Part shown: piece after piece, positions 60,454 through 64,000 of the stretch
Numbering within the stretch: position 1 is the stretch's first letter
Layout: every line of letters begins with the position of its first letter
Assembly: GCA_019634055.1 (NCBI GenBank)
Contig: JAHQVZ010000098.1
Span: 3,246-67,245, forward strand
Reading direction: 5' to 3'
DNA: 64,000 nucleotides
Source: Leptolyngbyaceae cyanobacterium MAG.088
GTDB lineage: Bacteria > Cyanobacteriota > Cyanobacteriia > Phormidesmidales > Phormidesmidaceae
Program-made: the position numbers and the translations under genes
Notes under the pieces: generated by a model
The model's input: only the letters and a program-made list of their open reading frames with translations
Database searches by the model: none
What the model was told of the DNA's origin: nothing

Positions 60454-61548
60454 TTATAGTTCGATATTAGAGTTCCAGCTAAAGTCAAAGCTCGGTAGCC
60501 ACCCTCGTAAAAAGTAATAGGTGGATGTCAAAACCTCATCCCAATATCGAGATGTAAGCTGAAGTGCATCAACGTTGGGGATGATGTCAGGCAAGCGAGA
60601 AAATGTATCATTCCCTGACCAAGTATTAACCGAGTAAAAATCAGTAGGTTTGGCAATGACCTGCATATCCATATTCTCAAAGGTCAATGCTGAGCGTGTC
60701 ATGGTCATGGCTGGAGCCACTAACATAATCCGTGGATCCGTGGGTTCACTGCGATTGTTTCTCGCAGGCAATACCTGCTGGGTACGTAAGAAATTATCTA
60801 CTCTCTCTGCTGTCCCGTGTACATTTAAGCCAGTGGATTCAAACCGAATATTTTCTGTTGGCACACCATTATTGATCAATACCGTTCTCATATTTTGACG
60901 TTTGATTTGACTGGCTTCACTAGTCCCTCCTGGATCAGCGGTCACGACCACAAATGGATTGGCCCCTGCCTGACGAGCGTCACTATAGAGCTGAGAGGCA
61001 TAAATTAAACGGGGGACAAGCGTAGAGTTGTAGGCTTGATCGCTAGCGCTTTGAAAGGCGACGGTGCCCTTAGAATCTCCGGCATCGTTACCAAGAACGA
61101 CAATTGCCCCTGTGCGATCTAGTCTGGGGCCTTGCAATCCAGCGGGACAAACCTCAGCACATTGTGCCGCCCGATCCGCAAATGCCTGTTGTACTTCTAG
61201 TTCTGAGCGGGCAACAATGTAGCGGCTAAAAATAGGCAAACTAGTGATGACTAGAATTGCTAGCGCTGCTGCCACCTGTTGACCTTTGACTTTCCCCCAC
61301 CCATCGCTAATGGCTGACCCCAGCAATAAAATGGTTGCCCCTAGAGGTGTTAGAGGCAGTGAAAGCAAACGCCAAATGGTGCCAATACTTTCATCATTAG
61401 GATTCGCAAACGAAGCAACAATGAGTAACAAAACAATTACTCCACCAAACCAGGTGAGATATTGTTTTGGAATAATTTTAGTCAGAATGTACCAAACTAA
61501 AAGCCCAATAGTGGCCCAAAGTAGAACACGGGTAAGCAGGACAAGCAT
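60454..61548 (-). CDS. membrane protein with a DUF218 (YdcF/ElyC/SanA-like) domain
   Basis: N-terminal TMs are followed by the IVVLG... and later VAPAMTMTRS pattern, resembling DUF218. The call is from memory only. Confidence 0.65.
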   Translation of the reverse strand: MLVLLTRVLLWATIGLLVWYILTKIIPKQYLTWFGGVIVLLLIVASFANPNDESIGTIWRLLSLPLTPLGATILLLGSAISDGWGKVKGQQVAAALAILVITSLPIFSRYIVARSELEVQQAFADRAAQCAEVCPAGLQGPRLDRTGAIVVLGNDAGDSKGTVAFQSASDQAYNSTLVPRLIYASQLYSDARQAGANPFVVVTADPGGTSEASQIKRQNMRTVLINNGVPTENIRFESTGLNVHGTAERVDNFLRTQQVLPARNNRSEPTDPRIMLVAPAMTMTRSALTFENMDMQVIAKPTDFYSVNTWSGNDTFSRLPDIIPNVDALQLTSRYWDEVLTSTYYFLRGWLPSFDFSWNSNIEL

Positions 61549-61757
61549 GGGAACCTTCTAGACAACAGGCGCAAAGGAGATTGTTCAAAAGTTAAGCACA
61601 TTAACTCGTTTTCGGCTACCGGGTTACGCCCTTAAACCGGAACTAATATACCTGGATCTGTACGTATATGGTCGTTGACCTGTAAAAACATTTGATAAAA
61701 CTGTCTATAGACGAATGCGCAAACAAAACTCTATCGATACGGCACCTTTAAATTAAA

Positions 61758-61786
61758 AGCGGGAGCCTGATGGACAGGCTCCCGCT
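61758..61786 (-). terminator. intrinsic terminator of the DUF1517-like gene
   Basis: AGCGGGAGCCTG-atgga-CAGGCTCCCGCT. On the minus strand it is followed by TTTTAATTT and lies about 35 nt after the stop. Confidence 0.7.
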
Positions 61787-61819
61787 TGCTGATATCGCTT
61801 TAATTGTGTCTGTACAACG

Positions 61820-62773
61820 CTAAACCAGTTTTAAATTGGGATATTGGGCAATAACTTCATCGTTAGTCAGGGTTTCACCGCTGGCCTGGGGGGTCCACAA
61901 AACTTCAACCGCCATTAGTGAGTCACTGGTGATTGCCCCAATTTGGTTCAAAGCTTTGTTTAAATCTTGCTCAGAGTTGACATTAGGCAATGCTAATTTA
62001 CCCTGGGCGGCCACAATCAAGGTAGCAATAATGTATTCACCAGAGACTGGATTGTCGTCGGCATCAGGCAGGGCCGCGCTGTCATTTCCAGAGAGTTGGT
62101 TATTGACGTTGGAGACGGCTTCATGGCTAAATTTACTCCGTTCCATCAGGGCTAGACGATTAAATTCAACTTCAGCTGATGTCAGCTTAGTCTGAACCGT
62201 GTCGGTATCTGCATAGGCCCAGTATTCTGGGTGCCGCAGCAGAGAAAGAGTACTTTCTTGTAATACGTTGGTTAACCCAGCGGAAGAACTGGTATCTGCT
62301 GATGCGGCTAAACGATTTAGGTCATCTTGAAGGTGACGAGCCTTGGCCAGTAAGCCTACTTGTATACGGGCTACGGACACTGTTGGGTTTTGCGTGTAGC
62401 TGTCTCCATCGTCAAAGCCAGCAGAGCGAAAGCTACGCATTAGGAAGGATGCGATCGCAAAAAACACCAGCAAGCTAAACAACCCACCGCCCCCAAAACC
62501 AAACAGCGGCATCACCAAAGGAAAGCCAAAACCACCGCCAGGATAATAACCACTGGATGGGCTGCGGTAGCTACGGGGCGATGAATAAGTCCGGCCATAG
62601 GATGGTCTACTAGGGGCTCTAAAACTGCCACCGCCAATGCGACCGCCAGCGCGAGCCGCCAGAGCACTATCAGCTTGGGAAAAAACTAGAACCAGCGCGA
62701 GAACACAAACCAAAAAAGGTTTGAGCAGAGGCCGTAACCAAGACGTAAATTGAGTTAGCTTAAATCGACTCAT
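61820..62773 (-). CDS. DUF1517-like membrane protein (Gly-rich)
   Basis: It has a signal/TM, then ARAGGRIGGGSFRAP, a GGGFGFP...GGGG TM, and a soluble C-terminal domain. The internal ATG at 62773 (MSRFKL...) is preferred over the tracked 62821. Confidence 0.75.
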   Translation of the reverse strand: MSRFKLTQFTSWLRPLLKPFLVCVLALVLVFSQADSALAARAGGRIGGGSFRAPSRPSYGRTYSSPRSYRSPSSGYYPGGGFGFPLVMPLFGFGGGGLFSLLVFFAIASFLMRSFRSAGFDDGDSYTQNPTVSVARIQVGLLAKARHLQDDLNRLAASADTSSSAGLTNVLQESTLSLLRHPEYWAYADTDTVQTKLTSAEVEFNRLALMERSKFSHEAVSNVNNQLSGNDSAALPDADDNPVSGEYIIATLIVAAQGKLALPNVNSEQDLNKALNQIGAITSDSLMAVEVLWTPQASGETLTNDEVIAQYPNLKLV

Positions 62774-62894
62774 GATGCAGGGTGCAAAAATGCTGATACT
62801 GACCCACCAGGTTGGGATCAACCGGTGCAGCCACCCTTACTTTAACGTGTTTAGTCAGACCAGGCTGATAGTCACCATTGTGGGGATTACCGTA

Positions 62895-63122
62895 TCACCC
62901 TCCCCCAACAATAGTGACCACTTCCAGTCGATCGTCTGGTTGCATCACCGTAGACTCCCAAAACTGACGATGTAAAATCTCACCGTTATATTCAACTGCC
63001 ACCAAACGGGGATCCATATTGAGCTGAGTTAGCAGCTGTGGCAATGTTGTCCCCTCAGGACAGGATTGGGCATGACCATTGACCTGAAGAGTTATAGATG
63101 CTTTATCAGCGCTATTGTTCAT
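62895..63122 (-). CDS. thiS: sulfur-carrier protein ThiS
   Basis: 75 aa with a ubiquitin-like pattern. It ends ...VVTIVGGG and lies 14 nt downstream of thiE. Confidence 0.85.
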   Translation of the reverse strand: MNNSADKASITLQVNGHAQSCPEGTTLPQLLTQLNMDPRLVAVEYNGEILHRQFWESTVMQPDDRLEVVTIVGGG

Positions 63123-63136
63123 AGGAAATCTGCTAA

Positions 63137-64000
63137 TTAAAAATGCTGGGTCAAGGCCTGGGTTGCTTGAATCGGGTCATCAGCCTGCATAATTGCGCGC
63201 ACCACCGCCACACCCGAAGCCCCAGCCTCTCGGACTGCAGCGACGTTGGTTAAATCGATGCCGCCAATGGCAAACCAGGGCATGGGAGCATTTGCTACAG
63301 CGTAGCGAATGTAATCATACCCTGCCGCTGCTTTTCCAGGCTTAGTCGGTGTGGCATACACAGGTCCTACGCCAATATAGTCAGCCCCTTCGTCAATTGC
63401 TCGCGCCATTTCCGATGGACTCGTAGTTGAACGCCCAACAATCGGTAACGGCCCTAGAATACTTCGAGCGGCAGCCATGGGCAGATCTTGTTGTCCTAAG
63501 TGCACACCGTCTGCACCAACAGCTGCTGCAATGTCTACACGGTCATTCACAATGAACAGCGCATTGTAATCATGACAAAGGCCTTTCATTTTACTGGCCA
63601 GTTCTAGTCTTACCTCATCATCGGCTGTTTTTTCCCGATACTGGACAATGTCGATCCCTCCTTTGAGGGCGGCTTCTACAATTTCTAATAGACGATCGCT
63701 AGGGGAGGTTACTAGATAGGTATGAGCCTGGGACAATCGCTGTCGCAAACCATGCCCCAGTAGTTTACTTTCCAAGGTGTAAAGCTGATAACGCATTTGT
63801 TTGGCACCACTGGCCATTTCGGTGGCATAGAGTTTGCCATATTCTTCAAGGACGCGCAGCGCTTCCTGAACACGGCAACAGTTGACTTGCACCACTGTTT
63901 GTAAATCATCACGCTTTTCTTCTTGGGGATGACTGAGGGTGGTACCGGTGTCTCCGGGAGTATCGCGACTTTGGCGTAGGGCGTCACTGTGCCACCTGCC
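63137..64000 (-). CDS. thiE: thiamine-phosphate synthase ThiE with a cyanobacterial-type N-terminal extension (partial, 5' end beyond window)
   Basis: It carries VQYREK, VNDRVD, HLGQQD, ADYIGVGPVYATPTK and AIGGI. My hand translation shows the frame stays open from 63895 to 64000, so the tracked GTG start is probably internal. Confidence 0.9.
   Translation of the reverse strand, partial: GRWHSDALRQSRDTPGDTGTTLSHPQEEKRDDLQTVVQVNCCRVQEALRVLEEYGKLYATEMASGAKQMRYQLYTLESKLLGHGLRQRLSQAHTYLVTSPSDRLLEIVEAALKGGIDIVQYREKTADDEVRLELASKMKGLCHDYNALFIVNDRVDIAAAVGADGVHLGQQDLPMAAARSILGPLPIVGRSTTSPSEMARAIDEGADYIGVGPVYATPTKPGKAAAGYDYIRYAVANAPMPWFAIGGIDLTNVAAVREAGASGVAVVRAIMQADDPIQATQALTQHF

Overview
This window reads as cyanobacterial core chromosome. 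It carries photosynthetic electron-transport genes (petE, petC-petA, cp12), ycf-type genes, and at least 24 copies of the HIP1 octamer GCGATCGC. About 60 protein genes are dense and mostly recognisable: DAHP synthase, CP12, a FIST protein, an ABC1 kinase, RecN, a GGDEF-EAL protein, FtsH, plastocyanin, SpoT/RelA, MnmE, SSB, MreBCD, Dtd, a His-rich COG0523 GTPase, a tandem PTPS/QueD-like protein, L35-L20, Adk, Prs, Rieske/cytochrome f, CysS, a grpE / dnaK-dnaJ-tusA-rsgA cluster, pilB-pilT-pilC, and thiE-thiS. By eye I found no rRNA, complete tRNA, CRISPR array, transposase, integrase or recognisable multi-gene defence island. I do not see a convincing novel multi-gene system. The candidates worth a second look are small and local: (1) an orphan stand-alone FtsH-like HExxH peptidase domain bracketed by hairpins (36.1-36.7 kb); (2) a ~0.7 kb poorly assignable spacer containing a 128-codon frame interrupted by one in-frame TAG (26.9-27.7 kb); (3) an animal-type GH13 alpha-amylase-like lipoprotein lacking one catalytic Asp, next to a PEP-CTERM protein; (4) several strong palindromes or hairpins in leaders of petE, ftsH, pilB and the PTPS gene; and (5) one or two unannotated sub-60-aa ORFs. 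All functional calls rest on motif recognition from memory, since no searches were run.
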